Shown here piece after piece: positions 31,343 to 46,619 of a stretch of 64,000 nt of DNA; within the stretch, counting starts at the first letter, position 1; each line of letters starts with the position of its first letter. Position numbers and translations under genes: made by a program. The DNA comes from Eledone cirrhosa. Lineage: Eukaryota. The stretch is from positions 54,808,001 through 54,872,000 of the forward strand of contig OZ024748.1 in the NCBI GenBank assembly GCA_964016885.1. The letters are read 5' to 3'. The notes beneath the pieces are model-generated. The model was not told the DNA's origin. It ran no database searches and saw only the letters and a list, made by a program, of their open reading frames with translations.

Positions 31343-31363
31343 GTATGTATATGTATGTGTGTA

Positions 31364-31395
<32 letters not shown>

Positions 31396-31422
31396 CGTAT
31401 ATATATATATATATATATATGC

Positions 31423-31459
<37 letters not shown>

Positions 31460-31521
31460 TGTATATATATATGTGTGTATATACATATATATGTATGTAT
31501 ATATATATGTGTGTGTATGTG

Positions 31522-31570
<49 letters not shown>

Positions 31571-31650
31571 GTGTATCTATATATGTATACATCTATATAT
31601 GTATACATACGTATATGTATATATATATATATAAATATATACATATACAC
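31195..31650. repeat. (TA)n/(TG)n compound microsatellite
   Basis: Direct inspection. Confidence 0.9.
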
Positions 31651-32186
31651 TATTCGGCTTCTCCTAGCCCACCACTATAAGATTATTCAAAGCTAGTTGT
31701 TCTCTTTCTCTGGCTTAAAGAAAACAAATATTAGAATGCAAGTTACTCTGATGCATTTATACATGCAACAGTTATGCTCTACACTTATGTAACAACATTT
31801 TATGTAAAATGTTATGACATCTACTCTGTCTAATAACAGGCTAACGTGATGAGCTTCTATATGGTTGCTCATTTTGCTAGAAATTACAGCCAAATCTACC
31901 TCATATGACTTTCATTGTTGTCGCTTGATTTTGTTTTTTTAAATAAGAATAATCTTAGATATGATACGGTTGAATAAATGAGGAGGGGGAGTCACAATTG
32001 GAACGTATTTGATCACTATTCCATTATATCAGGTTTAGTTTGGAACTACACAAACACACCAACATCGTTCAGGAGCCAACGAGAGAGCTTATACGTGGTT
32101 ATTTTGTGCTAGAAGTAACAGCTAAATTCTCCTCAAATAACGCCTTACTATGTTAAAAAAAAGTAACATGGAAGGACACATTGAAT

Positions 32187-32752
32187 AATTGTGACACAAG
32201 GTCAGCAATTACCTCAGTGCATTACTGGTGCTTTATTTTATCGACCCCGTAAAGATGAAAGGCAAAGTTAACCTCGGCTGGATTTAAACTTATTTAAACT
32301 TAGAATGACAAGGGCCGTAACTCTATGCGTCAAAGTATGGTGTGCGACCCTCCACCGATACTGCCAATCCACCGCCACATTGAATAATTGTTTCTACTTT
32401 AGGCACAAGGCCAGTAATTACCCAGTACATTACTGGTACTTTATTTTATCGACCCCGTAAGGATGAAAGGCAAAGTTAACCTCGGCGGGATTTGAACTCA
32501 GATAAAAAAGGGACATAACTATGCTAGAAAGCATGGCGTCTGACCCTCTACCGATACTGCCAATTCACCACCTTTGTTTCTACTTTTGGCACAATACCAG
32601 AAATTGCCCAGTGTTATACAGGTACTTTATTTTATCGACCCCGTAAGAATGAAAGGCAAAGTTAACCTGGGCGGGATTTAAACTCAGAATGGCAAGGGCC
32701 GTAACTCAATGCGTCAAAGCATGGCGTTCGACGCTCTACCGATACTGCCAAC
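32187..32752 (-). mobile_element. Three head-to-tail SINE copies
   Basis: Three bodies. CACATTGAATAATTGT is duplicated at about 32177 and 32377 (TSD). Confidence 0.92.
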
Positions 32753-33295
32753 GATAAACTATACTCGAAAACAAACTAAACCAAAAATCTCAAGACAAAA
32801 ATCAAAACAAAAGGGAGTGGGCGCGACTGGAATATCTTTTATCAGATCCTAGAACAGATCGATAAAGGCCATTCTGGAACTAAACATCTACAGCAATTGC
32901 AACAACAACAACAAAAAACTTGTGTGATAACCAAGATATAGAAACGACAATCCAGCTGACAATGAAATCTTTTCTTTATTCATTTTCATTAATCCAAACA
33001 CATTATAGGTGAATTAGCGTCAGAATAAATAAATAAATAAACAAATCAATATATAATAAAATAAATAGATAGATCAATGAATAAATAAATAAATTGATAG
33101 ATCAATATATAAAAGCTAAAAGTATATTCTCAATTTCGTGACATTGCAGTAAAGTAGAGAGAAAGCTGCATAATGGTAAAGCTGATAGGAGAAGAGTTAT
33201 TACGTGGATATTGTTTCTATATATGAAGGATATTTATGGGAATGGGTAGTGGGAAGAGGAGCTTATCCTTTTGTTTCGAGGATATAATGTAGAGA

Positions 33296-33332
33296 CATAT
33301 ATATATATAATACATATATATTTATATAAAAT

Positions 33333-33363
<31 letters not shown>

Positions 33364-33452
33364 AAATACATATATATATATAAAATACTCATATATATAA
33401 TATATATATATAAATAAAATACTCATATATATATATATATATATATAAAATA

Positions 33453-33515
<63 letters not shown>

Positions 33516-33599
33516 TATAAAATATATATATATAAATATATATATAAAATATATATATATCAAATACTCATATATATATATATATATATATATCAAATA

Positions 33600-33630
<31 letters not shown>

Positions 33631-33669
33631 CAAATACTCATATATATATATATATATATATATCAAATA

Positions 33670-33718
<49 letters not shown>

Positions 33719-33850
33719 AATACTCATATATATATATTATATATATATATCAAATACTCATATATATATATTATATATATATATTTATGTATATATGTAT
33801 ATATATATAATACGTATGTGAATATATATAAAATACATATATATATATGA
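33296..33850. repeat. (TA)n array with recurring AAATACTCA linkers
   Basis: Direct inspection. Confidence 0.9.
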
Positions 33851-34264
33851 GAGAGAGAGACAAAGAGAGAAAGAGGGAGAGAGACAAAAAGAGAGAAAGA
33901 GAGACGGACTGAGTTAGAAGAAGAGGGGGAAGGAGTGAGGGTAATATTGATAAACTTACATTGATATAATAGCTTCTCGTCACTGGGGTAGATTATAAGA
34001 TTAAGAGACCCCCCCCCCCCAAAAAAAAAAAAATCAACATTATTTATTTAGCATTAAACCGCTTGAATTATTATACTTTTTAAAATGTTAAGTATAAGTT
34101 ATCTCTAACGATTCGCCAGCGAATAATCTTTTTTTCCCCAATGTTTTGTTATGTCGGGTCTGCATTGGAGATAAACAACAACAGCGTTCAGTAGCGTCGG
34201 GAATACACACACACAAACACACACACACTCGCCCCTGTGTTTGTATGTGCATATATGTATATAA

Positions 34265-34420
34265 AGTTTAATATAGAAATGGCTTCTTCAGGACTAGAAT
34301 TGTTTCATTTAAAAGAAATACCCAGGAAACCATTTCTATATTAAACTTGATGTTTACACTCTACTAATGTATTGAGTACCTTACTAACTGTGGCTACTCC
34401 CGATTAAACCCGGAAATTAT
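34265..34420 (+). mobile_element. Family B element (B2), decayed HHR in inverted segment
   Basis: IR aagtttaatatagaaatgg / ccatttctatattaaactt plus the family B tail. Confidence 0.75.
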
Positions 34421-34800
34421 ATATTATGGATTACCTATAACGATAATTTGTTATCCCATATATATATATCGGATAACAAATTATCGTTATAGGTAATCCA
34501 GTTAGAGGTTGTTAGAGGTTGTGAATACTCCATATTGTGGATAGTTTTAGCGTACGGCGTTGTTTGACTCAACAAGAGGTTTCCTTAGGTAGCGAGTTTG
34601 CAAGTTCTCTGGAATTCCTATGTAAGTTTATCTTGGAGTAATGATAGTGAAACAGTGACCATGTTATTCTTCACTCTTTCACTATATATATGTATATATA
34701 TATATATATATATGTAATATGTAAACAGAAATAACAACACAATCGGTACAGTATATAGAAGGTATATATTAGGTTAACGCTTGATATAGCAGGAAGAGGG

Positions 34801-34836
34801 TCTTAACGTTTCGGACGCTAGTCCTTCATCAGAAGA
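34801..34836 (-). ncRNA. Minimal type I hammerhead with palindromic stem III (family F)
   Basis: tctt CTGATGA a GGAC tagc GTCC GAAA CG TT aaga. The upstream minus frame near 35010-35045 reads LGIYYDHPEGF*, resembling the PLE endonuclease end L.T..P.GLN. Confidence 0.8.
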
Positions 34837-34844
34837 AAGAATGA

Positions 34845-34921
<77 letters not shown>

Positions 34922-35149
34922 CCTTATTTATTGGAGCTGTAGGAAAAGAAATTGAAGAGAGACAGTGAGGGAATTCTGGAAGGAAGGACTGAGAAAAATG
35001 GTTGTTTTAGAAGCCCTCTGGATGGTCATAATATATGCCGAGAAAAGAAGAGATGTATTTGTCAGAAGTGTCTGAATGAAGTTAGATCTTGACCCGCCAT
35101 ATCAGAGGAACAGAAGTAAACGCAACAGATCTAGAAGAAAGCTGAGAAG

Positions 35150-35675
35150 GTTAGAACAGCACAGTATAGTACAGTACAGGTTAGCACAGTACAGTACAGG
35201 TTAGCACAGCATAGTACAATACAGCACAGGTTAGCACAGCACTGTATAGTACAGTACAGTACAGTACAGTACAGTACAGTACAGTACAGTATAGTACAAT
35301 ACAGTAAAGTACGGTACAGTACAGTATAGTACAGCACAGTATAGTACAGTACAGTATAGTATAGTATAGTACAGTATAGTACAGTACAGTATAGTACAGT
35401 ACAGTATAGTAGAGTAAAGTATAGTTCAGTACAGTATAGTACAGTACAGTATAGTACAGTACAGTATAGTATAGTACAGTACAGTATAGTATAGTACAGT
35501 ACAGTATAGTACAGTACAGTATAGTACAGTACAGTATAGTATAGTACAGTACAGTATAGTACAGTAAAGTATAGTACAGTACAGTATAGTACATACAGTA
35601 CAGGTTAGCACAGCACAGTACAGTACATGTTAGCACAGCACCGTATAGTATAGTACAGTACAGTACAGTACACCA
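35150..35675. repeat. (ACAGT/ATAGT)n pentanucleotide satellite
   Basis: Direct inspection. Confidence 0.95.
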
Positions 35676-36007
35676 CACCACAACACAGAACCGCACATCT
35701 GTAGACGTGAAATTGGGTTGGTGGATATTTAAAAAGTAGCCAAACACTTCATTATCCAGTATGTCCGCCATTTGTACAGATATGTGATTTGGTTGGAGAT
35801 TTCTGTATATGAATATGTATGAATTTATGAAAGCATATATACATATTCTGACATATATGTATGTCTGTTTATATGTGTAGGCATCTGTACGGATATATAT
35901 GTATATGAGGATACAGTTATATATTTGAGTGTGTATCTTCATACAGAAGAATATGCAAGTGTATCAACAGTTTTGTTTATATGCTTATGTGTATACCTCT
36001 TCGTGTT

Positions 36008-36102
<95 letters not shown>

Positions 36103-36113
36103 TATATATAGTT

Positions 36114-36255
36114 TATTTCGGGTTCAATCGAGGGTAACCACAGTAAGTAAGGTACTTAATACATACAGTATAAATATTTAGTATAGAAATGGCTTCTACA
36201 GGACTAGAGATTCCTGATGATTTCACCCGAATGAAACAATTCTAGTCCTGTGGAA

Positions 36256-36260
<5 letters not shown>
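36114..36260 (-). mobile_element. Family B element (B3); inverted segment holds an HHR with a mutated site
   Basis: Tail on the minus strand. Plus strand reads ttc CTGATGA t TTC accc GAA t GAAA caa ttctagtc ctg TG gaa (GUG is a non-cleavable site). Confidence 0.8.
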
Positions 36261-36324
<64 letters not shown>

Positions 36325-37019
36325 GTAGAACACTGGGAGGTTATATCCGTAGTAAGTAGAGCACTCTGTCCATAGAACGGGCTCAATATAAAGTTAGTTC
36401 TACAATATATTTGCAAACCATCTTCGAGGACAAGTCTTTCCCCTAACATGTGTGTGTGTGTGTGTGTGTGTAAAAGTTAATACGTATTATGATGGTATAT
36501 TTATGAAATATTTATTTATATATATTCTTGTATGTGCCGAGCGTCGGTATGCCTGAGCCAGGTTGCCGGGTGAGCTCCTGCTCTCCTATAAATTGACCCA
36601 ATACCCGCCCATGCATTCTAATCGCTGCACTGGCTCCAGCAAATTGGGTTGTGTGTGAAAGCTAGACCTCTAAGCTATAACCGATACAATGCTCCGATTG
36701 CACTACTCTAAAGTAGATATACTTGTGGCTGGGTACCGCGTGTGAAATCAATCTTCCGAAGAAATTCCTTTGAAATGAACTTACACCGCGAATTTCTTCT
36801 ATGGAGCCAGTTCAACACACCCCGGGTGAACGCCGCCACTAGTAGTAAGTAGTATATATGTAGGTATGTCTGTAAATATGAAAAACAAATGTGAATATGA
36901 TTTATATCTATATTTTGTGTGCATATAAAAAGGCGTACGACCGCTCGTATTGACGTGTGTGTGTTTATTTGAGGAGGAGTCTAGGAATACGTGCGTGTAA
37001 AGGTCTATGTAACATACAC

Positions 37020-37171
37020 AGACTCACACATATACATAGTACATAGACACACAGACACTCATGCATGCATACACACACATATTAAGGTGAACAGACACAC
37101 AAGCATGCATACACACAAAACACACACATATATATATTATATATATATACAGTATATTAAGGTGAACAGAT

Positions 37172-37222
<51 letters not shown>

Positions 37223-37231
37223 GGAGAACAG

Positions 37232-37263
<32 letters not shown>

Positions 37264-37297
37264 TTATATATATATGTATATATATTAAGGTGAGCAG

Positions 37298-37333
<36 letters not shown>

Positions 37334-37787
37334 CAAGGTGAACAGACACACACATATACACACATACATACATACATAGACATATACATACATCTATAGA
37401 AATATACACACACCGCACACATACATGTATATAAATACACACATGTATCACACACATACATAGACCTATATAAATATACATACATATATATACATTATAT
37501 ATATACATTATATATACATTATATATATATATCATATATACATACATTATATATACATTATATATATATACATTATATATATATATACATTATATATACA
37601 TACATTATATATACATTATATATATATACATTATATATACATTATATATATATACATTATATATACTTTATATATACATTATATATATATATACATATAT
37701 ATACATATACATTATATATACTTTATATATACATTATATATATATATACATATATATACATACATATATATACATATATATATATAC

Positions 37788-37842
<55 letters not shown>

Positions 37843-37997
37843 CATTATATATACATATATATATATACATACATTATATATACATATATATATACATAGA
37901 TATATATACATATATATATACATAGATATATATACATATATATATACGTACAGTATATATACACATATATATACATTATATATATAGATATATATAC

Positions 37998-38052
<55 letters not shown>
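37020..38052. repeat. Compound TA/CA low-complexity sequence with repeated ATTAAGGTGAACAGA and TACATTA units
   Basis: Direct inspection. Confidence 0.85.
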
Positions 38053-38055
<3 letters not shown>

Positions 38056-38279
38056 ACGTAGTAATAGTTTTTCTTGTTATTTCAGCTCATGTCAGGATCA
38101 GAAAGGAAAGAAGACGTAATTAATTTAACTCCTCTGACCTTTTTACTCCTGCAAAACTGGATCATTCTTTTGAAGATAACGAATATTATTGTTTTAGCAT
38201 AAATCAGCTTTCCTTCTGTACAAACGGTCATTTTGTATTAAGCTAGACTGACACGACTTTTAGATAAGTAGCTCTCATG

Positions 38280-38280
38280 A

Positions 38281-38350
<70 letters not shown>

Positions 38351-38419
38351 TTTCTACTACTACTATTTCTACTACTACTACTACTACTACTACTATTTCT
38401 ACTACTACTACTACTATTT

Positions 38420-38455
<36 letters not shown>

Positions 38456-38472
38456 TTTCTACTACTACTACT

Positions 38473-38532
<60 letters not shown>

Positions 38533-38589
38533 TTTCTACTACTACTACTACTATTTCTACTACTACTACTACTATTTCTACTACTATTT

Positions 38590-38667
<78 letters not shown>
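38280..38667. repeat. (CTA)n microsatellite with TTT interruptions
   Basis: Direct inspection. Confidence 0.95.
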
Positions 38668-38755
38668 TGTAGAGGTATATGTATATATGTATGTGTAGAA
38701 GTATAATTATGCACACACACACACCCATATATATACACATACATATATACACATA

Positions 38756-38826
<71 letters not shown>

Positions 38827-38873
38827 ATATATATGTATATATATATGTGTGTGTGTATATATAAATATGTGTG

Positions 38874-38912
<39 letters not shown>

Positions 38913-40052
38913 TAATAAAAATAATGAATAAAAACAAAGAATTAAAAAATTCATCATTTTACGATCGTTTCTAGGATATATATGTGTGTTGGTATGTATA
39001 TCATATAGATCTATGTAAAATTTTTACAAACTATCAGAGGGAATATACATACCTACACATATATATGCTGTCTTCAGAAATAATGTATGTATATATATAT
39101 GTATATATATATATACATACACACATATTTATATATACACACACATATATATATAGACATATATACAAACGTGTACATATATATATCCATACATACACAC
39201 ATACATATACATACACATTTATATATACACACACTTATATACCACATATTTATACACATATATACACACATATATATATACACATATACATACACATATA
39301 TACACATACATATACATACACATACATATACACATACATACACATATATATATATTTACACATATATACATATTTACACACACATATATTTACACATATA
39401 TATTTACACACACATATATGTATTTACACATATATATTAACACATATATATATTTACACACATATATATATTTACACATATATATATTTACATATATATA
39501 TATATATTTATTCATATAAATGCATATATGTATGTATGTGAGTGTGTGTCTGTCTTTGTTCGTATAAGGATGTATGATATATATATATTCAAAAATATGT
39601 GCATTTAGATAGCTATAGTTTACAAAATATAAGAGAAAGGCCATCTATATTCCACAATCTAAGATACAGTTATACACAGTTATATACATACAAACATTAC
39701 ATACTCAGGTCTATGTACACCCAAGTAGTAAATGTACTGTAGTATTTACTTACTGTGTTTTACACATAGGTCTAGGTTCACTTTGTCCTTCATTGTTCTG
39801 GGGTCGATAGATGAAATACCAGAGATGTACTTTGGTTAATTTAACATACACATAGATACATATTTATTAAAATAAATTATTTTAATAAATGTTTGCTCTA
39901 CGGTTCTTATATATTTGATATATATTTATCCTTATCGAGCCCTCTTTGGATTTTAGTCTTCACATTTATTATTATTGCTATATATATATATATATGTGTG
40001 TGGATGTGCTTATGTGTGTGCGTTTTCCTTTATCCGTTTAGCTTTCACACCT

Positions 40053-40097
<45 letters not shown>

Positions 40098-40383
40098 CAT
40101 AGATAGATATACACATAACTGTGTGCGTGTATCACGTATCGTACCAGTCAAGTATTGAGAGGAGGAGATCGATGAAATCATTCCGATTGCTGTTGGTTAT
40201 TTGTACAGATCAATAAGGGAAAGTTATTTTCGACGGACCTGTGTTCTCATCCAGGCGAATATTCCCCTTTCATTTCATTCATATCACATAACTAATGCTA
40301 AATATAGTTAAATGTTTCTTGCCACACCCACAGGCTTAATAAGACATACTTTGTTTTAAATATACTAATGCAGATTCAATTGT

Positions 40384-40520
<137 letters not shown>

Positions 40521-40534
40521 ATTCTTTTTTTGAA

Positions 40535-40805
40535 TTTGTTTTGCAAGATTTCGTAACTGAAAACGTGTTGAAACAGATATTGTTATACTTTGGGAGGGTC
40601 ATGCGTCAATAAAACAAGATGGTGTAGGACAGATCAAAGGGGAGACACAAAATAAAAGCCTAGTCACTGAGGAGGTAAAAAAATGTGTGACGAAAGATAT
40701 TTAACCATCCGGTTATCGAACCAACCAACCTGAAATTTATAATAATTGAAGTGAAAACCAACAGGTGCGTGTGTTTTTATTGGCACCATGACCCTCCCAA
40801 AGTAA

Positions 40806-40812
<7 letters not shown>
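40535..40812 (-). mobile_element. Family-D-related PLE end with inverted duplication
   Basis: IR atattgttatactttgggagggtcatg / catgaccctcccaaagtaaaacaatat. The one-sided tail matches 21950-21996. Internal CTGAGGA...GAAA remnant. Confidence 0.7.
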
Positions 40813-40858
<46 letters not shown>

Positions 40859-40927
40859 ATATATATATCTGTAGGGTGAAAGCAGAAATGGCTTGCTGAA
40901 ACGTTTAATCTGTGTTAATGTGTGTTA

Positions 40928-40976
<49 letters not shown>

Positions 40977-40983
40977 TGTGTCT

Positions 40984-41036
<53 letters not shown>

Positions 41037-41527
41037 GTCTTGTCAAAGGAAATGACTGAGGAAAAAATTTAAATAGAATCAGCTGCAAGGACAACAACGA
41101 CGACAAAAGCAACGTCGACAACGATAATGACGATGAAAACAACAATGATAACGACAACAACAAGAATAACGAAAACAATAACAACAACAACGAAATCAAC
41201 AACAGAAACGACAACAACAGTATTAGCAGCACAGCAGCATCAACAAGCACATTCAAAATAACAATAGTACCAACAACAGCTAGTGTAGCAATTGTTAATA
41301 ATTAGTTTGAGATTACCGAAATACCACCGTTAGATGGCACTGTTGTCAGCCGGAAATGGAAATTTAACTAGAAAATAATTGTTCGAATGTTCAGGAGACA
41401 TTGGCGTAATGAGAATTCTAAATTTCCAACTTGCAATAACATTTTCAAGCCTGCATAGAAATATCATACAGTTAATTTTTTTGTAACAGTGAAGAGCACT
41501 GATTTGACCTCAATATATTACTGGTAG

Positions 41528-41682
41528 TAATTCTGAGTTCAAATCCCACTGAGGTTAACCATTCTGAGTTCAAATCCCACCGAGGTTAACTTTGCCTTTC
41601 ATCCTTACGGGGTAGATAAAATAAATACCAGTAATACACTGGGATAATTGCTGGTCTTGTGCCAAAAGTAGAAACAATTATT
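41528..41682 (+). mobile_element. 5'-truncated SINE with duplicated B-box segment
   Basis: attctgagttcaaatcccac(t/c)gaggttaac occurs twice, followed by the body. Confidence 0.85.
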
Positions 41683-43321
41683 TACCCCGTACAGGCGGGG
41701 AATTAGCAGTGTCGTTAGAACGTCAGAGAGAAGGTTTTGCTGTATTTGTTTCGGCTCTCTGAGATTTAAGTCCCGTGTGGGACGCACACAGTTTGCTCAC
41801 GACTGCTCTAATATTTGAGGCTTTATATTTATTTAGTAAGAGATGTGATATCATACCATGATTGAAAGTGAAGCAATTACATCGTAGACGAGCGTTTTTT
41901 TAGCTCTTGTAATGTTTTTTTAAAGGCTAAAATATATTTTTCGTGGTGTAATCGAAACATTTAATAGATCCCTAAGATCCACAATACTGGTTTTTATGAT
42001 TGATAGATTTGATCAGCATTAGACCGTTCAGAGATAGATAATTCACGAGGTGAAGAGAAAAAGTAATTAAATATGTTATCATAAGTCAATAAATGACTCG
42101 ACACATCCGGAATAGTTTCGTTGTTTTGCAGCTTAGGGTAAACAATAATTGAGAAAACCTTTTCCTGAGGGTCCCTGCCATAAACACAGAGTTATGTTAT
42201 TCATACACAGTGTATCTTGGAATAGAGTACAAAATGTACTATACACTTTCCTTCAAGAGAGTAGAGTGAGATTTGAAGGAGATATTGTTTTGATATTTCT
42301 AGCAGGTAGACAAATCATACAGATGTCCCCTCGTTGTCTTGTGAACAAAGATTTGTCATGCGCCATTGTAATTCAGTGTCATAATACAGTGCTAGAAATA
42401 GCACCCAAATCATCCTCAGATCGCATCATACACTAGAAAGTATAGTCTCACATATACAAATAATGAACTTAATATCACGAATCGAACGCCTTTCATTACT
42501 GAGCTGCTGTATCAGATCTGACTTCGGGCTGAAAAATAGGCAAAACTACGTTAAATACTTAGAGCTTGAGGCTGGAGTGATTTAGGAAGAAAACCAACAA
42601 ATGCAAATTTCTGTAGAATCGATCGCAGAACAAGTAGCAACACAGAAGCTTCTTCACTGGTTAGAATATAACATTTAGATTTTATAACGAAGATATATTT
42701 TTGTCAAATAGCATAGGTGAGGACTTTGAATATAAATTAGATTTATAGACGACCAAGAACAACATATTTCTAGACAAATACACGCACATATTCTCTACTA
42801 ATGCTTCGCTAAATTTTCCAAAAGATTGGCGACGAAAATATATACCAATTAATGACTGTTAAAGAACAGCGTTAAATTTCTTCGCGAAGTTACCAAATGT
42901 GACACGGAAAAGTCTGAAAGCTACATTATATTACTATATACAGCTGAAGAAAAAAGAATTAATTACGACAAATCTCATGAAAACACTATAACCGTGTATC
43001 ATATATCATAAATACTTTCTATGCATTGTCATTATATTGACCTTTTCTATAGCAGTCAATAACTTGTGTTTCGTTTCTTTTGCATTAGAAAAGTTATTGA
43101 ACTCATCAGGCCATTAAATAGGACATTGCAACTAAACAGGAAAGACAGTTCTGAGAAATACTACTACACTTTATATAGAGGAACATATAAGGAATATATG
43201 TTGGATTCGTAGTCTCATACACGGAAACAAACGCATGCATACATAAACATGCATACATAGACATACATAGACATACATAGACGTAGACATACATAGACGT
43301 AGACATACATACATACATACA

Positions 43322-43419
43322 CAGGGTTTTCCCCAAAAATGTATACACGCCTTGATTATCTGTACAGACAATATTTATTAGAATGTTATTAAAGTGTGTA
43401 TACATTTTTTGGGACACCC

Positions 43420-43421
<2 letters not shown>
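43322..43421. mobile_element. 100-bp Tc1/mariner-type MITE
   Basis: TIRs cagggt..cccaaaaatgtatacac / gtgtatacatttttt gggacaccctg. A similar end acaccctgta lies at about 15930. Confidence 0.75.
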
Positions 43422-43451
<30 letters not shown>

Positions 43452-43902
43452 AAGTGTAATTATTTATTCCTGCATAGTCTATGCCCATTTCAGTGGCCAG
43501 GTTGCGTAAGAATCCGGTGACATCTTCAGGTGTGAATTGCGTAACAGATATATACCAACGGAATGGTGGTAAACTTTAAGGAAACAAGCAAAGAAAAAAC
43601 AGAGAAGAAAAGTGTGTGTTTATGTTTTTGATCCTTAGACGAACGGAGCAGCATCCCTCGCCGTCTCTGAAACGGGCATAGCGTTTGCAGAAATAAATAA
43701 TTAAGGAAATTCAACATATTTGGCCTCCTGTCATTTCGTTTTATAATACATTTACTCCCTTTCCGCTCCACCAACACGATTCAACATTCACGATGGATGA
43801 GTTGCATAACGTCGATTACTTTTCTCATATTACGTCATGATTAACATTGCAGAATGACAAATTCTACCAAGTGGTATACCACCAAATTTAAGCGCGCGTG
43901 CG

Positions 43903-43929
<27 letters not shown>

Positions 43930-43933
<4 letters not shown>

Positions 43934-44117
43934 GTTTCTACGTTAGGCACAAGGCCAGCAATTACCCAGTGTATTACTGGTACTTTATTTTATCGACCCC
44001 GTAAGGATGAAAGGCAAAGTCAACCTCGGCGGGATTTGAACTCAGATAGTAAAGGGACGTAACTATGCTGGAAAGCATGGCGTCCGACCCTCTACCGATA
44101 CTGCCAATCCACCGCCT
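43930..44117 (-). mobile_element. Full-length SINE, major family
   Basis: Complete head-to-tail match. Confidence 0.92.
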
Positions 44118-44125
44118 TTATATAT

Positions 44126-44520
44126 AATAACAGGAGGTTGGACTGGTGTAATTCCTTAAAGGTTTATTATACTATGAACATTTCAATGACCGGGTTCAGT
44201 ATGAATCCGGTGACATCATCAGGTATTCGAAATTTAACAAAGGAATATAATCCATGGGGCTGAAAAGGCAGAGAGACAAGAAGGCGGCCACACATTTAGC
44301 AGTCTCTAATTCGGTCGGCCGCTTTGAATGATGTCACCGGATTCATACTGAACCCAGTCATTGAAATGTACATAGTATAATAAACCTTTAAGGAATTACA
44401 CCAGTCCAGCCTCCTGTTATTTTATAATAATTAACTCCGTACTCGCACCACCAGCAACACAAACGAAGACGGGTGAGTTACATTACGTCGAGTGCTCTCC
44501 CTAATATTACATCGAGGTTG
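44126..44520 (+). mobile_element. Family G PLE-like end with about 94-bp inverted arms and tail
   Basis: Arms at 44126-44219 and 44328-44421. A related decayed copy lies at 43478-43533. Confidence 0.8.
44169..44226 (-). ncRNA. Type I hammerhead ribozyme motif
   Basis: atac CTGATGA [tgtcACCGG a TTCA tac TGAA c CCGGTcatt] GAAA TG tt CA TA gtat. The right arm has palindromic ATGTACAT. Confidence 0.75.
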
Positions 44521-44757
44521 ACCATACGAAATGACCAGTTCTATCCAGTGGTGAACCAACAAATCTAAATGTATATATAAGCTTAACGAAATCACAATAA
44601 CATGAGGTGCTTCACGCAGTGTATGATACTGCAGCTATCATTGTTCTAATCAATGCTATCTTAGCTTAAACAGTTTCAGAGTATATCTCTACAGAATTCG
44701 GTAGTAATACGGCACAAAATTCAAGAAATTCATCAGGGCAATCAACAAAAGTTCAAT

Positions 44758-44794
<37 letters not shown>

Positions 44795-44927
44795 GGTATA
44801 TATATATATGAGGTATATGATTTTTAATGCGATGAAATACCCATGATCGTTTGGTAAATCACTGATGAGGGACTCATTTTATAACATGTTATCCATGTGC
44901 AACCAGCAGAATTCTTCTCACCCATAT

Positions 44928-44988
<61 letters not shown>

Positions 44989-45014
44989 CCCATCCATGGC
45001 TGACTAAAAAGTAA

Positions 45015-45170
45015 ACATTTCTCCGTTTCATTTCTTCCGACTTTCATCTATCTTCCTATTTCTTCTTGTATCAATCATTCTATCTTCTGAAGAAGGGCTA
45101 ACGTCCGAAGAGTTATTGTCCGACTATATCAGGCATTAAACTAATATAAATCATTATTGTACGCTATCGC
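45015..45170 (+). mobile_element. Family F PLE end with decayed HHR (others at 59690-59745 and 63425-63520)
   Basis: tctt CTGAAGA a gggc taac gtcc GAAG agtt, with flanks similar to 34740-34850. Confidence 0.6.
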
Positions 45171-45209
45171 TCACCCGTGTTCTTCCTAGTTGACATTTCG
45201 CATATATGA

Positions 45210-45522
45210 AGGCTGCCCCCTCGTTATCGAGTATGGCCATTGCACGATATACCATTATTAATAATTATTAATTAATTCTATCGTGCAATGCCTGTGCGTG
45301 AAGATATTTTTTAAAGTGAGGAAAGACTGTGCACTGAGCCAATCCCACTCTCTGAGCGACAGTAGCTATAACCCGAAAAGAAGAAAAGATCAACATCATC
45401 GGTAACTACTGAGCCGCAGGTTTTATATCAGTGTTATCCCAGTTTCTTGAGTTGCCTTCTTCTAGAAAAATGCCCAGACAAAGGCAGGGGGTCCTTCACT
45501 CCCAGTGGTTTAACCGCGCGTT
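45210..45522 (-). mobile_element. Short non-autonomous RTE-related retroelement
   Basis: The 3' tail tggccatactcgataacgagggggcagcc matches the RTE tail at 10795-10823. There is no ORF. Confidence 0.6.
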
Positions 45523-45588
45523 ACATGTGTATATACATATTTACACACTTTTGGATGGCCGTTGCCTCTTGTTAGTTCTTCCGCCCTT

Positions 45589-45637
<49 letters not shown>

Positions 45638-45734
45638 CGAGAGTCGATCGACAAGACCCAGACCTCATTTGGTTAACGAATGTAATGGAGCTCGTCAAAT
45701 CGGACCGAGGAAACGATGTTTCCAATGGTATTTC

Positions 45735-45882
45735 CAATTGCTAATATGATCTGTCGGTTGAAAATCCAGGCAGAAGGAGCAACGTGAAATAAAGTATCTT
45801 GCTCAAGGACATAACGGATCGCCCGGTACGGGAATCGAAATCACAACCTCACGATTTCGAACCCAATTCTCTAATCACTCAG

Positions 45883-45887
<5 letters not shown>
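45735..45887 (-). mobile_element. CORE-type SINE
   Basis: acgtgaaataaagtatcttgctcaaggaca...gggaatcgaa...ctaatcactcagcca. Confidence 0.8.
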
Positions 45888-45962
<75 letters not shown>

Positions 45963-46294
45963 ATATATATATATATATATAGGGTTGGCTGAAAATTCCA
46001 TGAAGGAGTGAGGCTAGCGCTGTGAAATCGTGCATGTATTAATTTCATTTCTCCATAGTAATAATTGCATTGTTTCTTTTCCTCGATGCATAAATAGAGA
46101 TAGATATATAGATCGAAAGATATGTAGACCGTTCAGAATTAATCAATATAGCATTCCCACCATATAAAATTTCGATATAAAACCTAAGAACAATATATAT
46201 ATATATATAGTGACGAATATGACCTCATCAGGCAGTTAGTCAGTTCTTAGATATGCCAGCTCTGTGTTTATAGTGTTGATGGTATCAGAGCCTT

Positions 46295-46349
<55 letters not shown>

Positions 46350-46572
46350 ATAATATTAATAAATGGAAACTATCTTTATAAAACCATATTTATTTTATTA
46401 TATATATTTCAAGGGTACCAAAATGTATGTATGTATGTATGTATGTATGTATGTATGTATGTATGTATGTATGTATGTATGTATGTATGTGTGTGTGTGT
46501 GTGTGTATATCTATTTGTAAAAATTTATACATATATATATATATATGATATGCACAGATACATGCATCTATG

Positions 46573-46619
<47 letters not shown>

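Noticed and set aside
36535-36845. GC-richer unique segment with a possible minus-strand donor (GTAAGT near 36784)
   Set aside because: There is no convincing acceptor, ORF or recognisable protein. It could be decayed TE.
44860-44905. CTGATGA hammerhead candidate (also 47525 and 49895)
   Set aside because: No properly placed GAAA, stem III or stem I partner could be found by eye.
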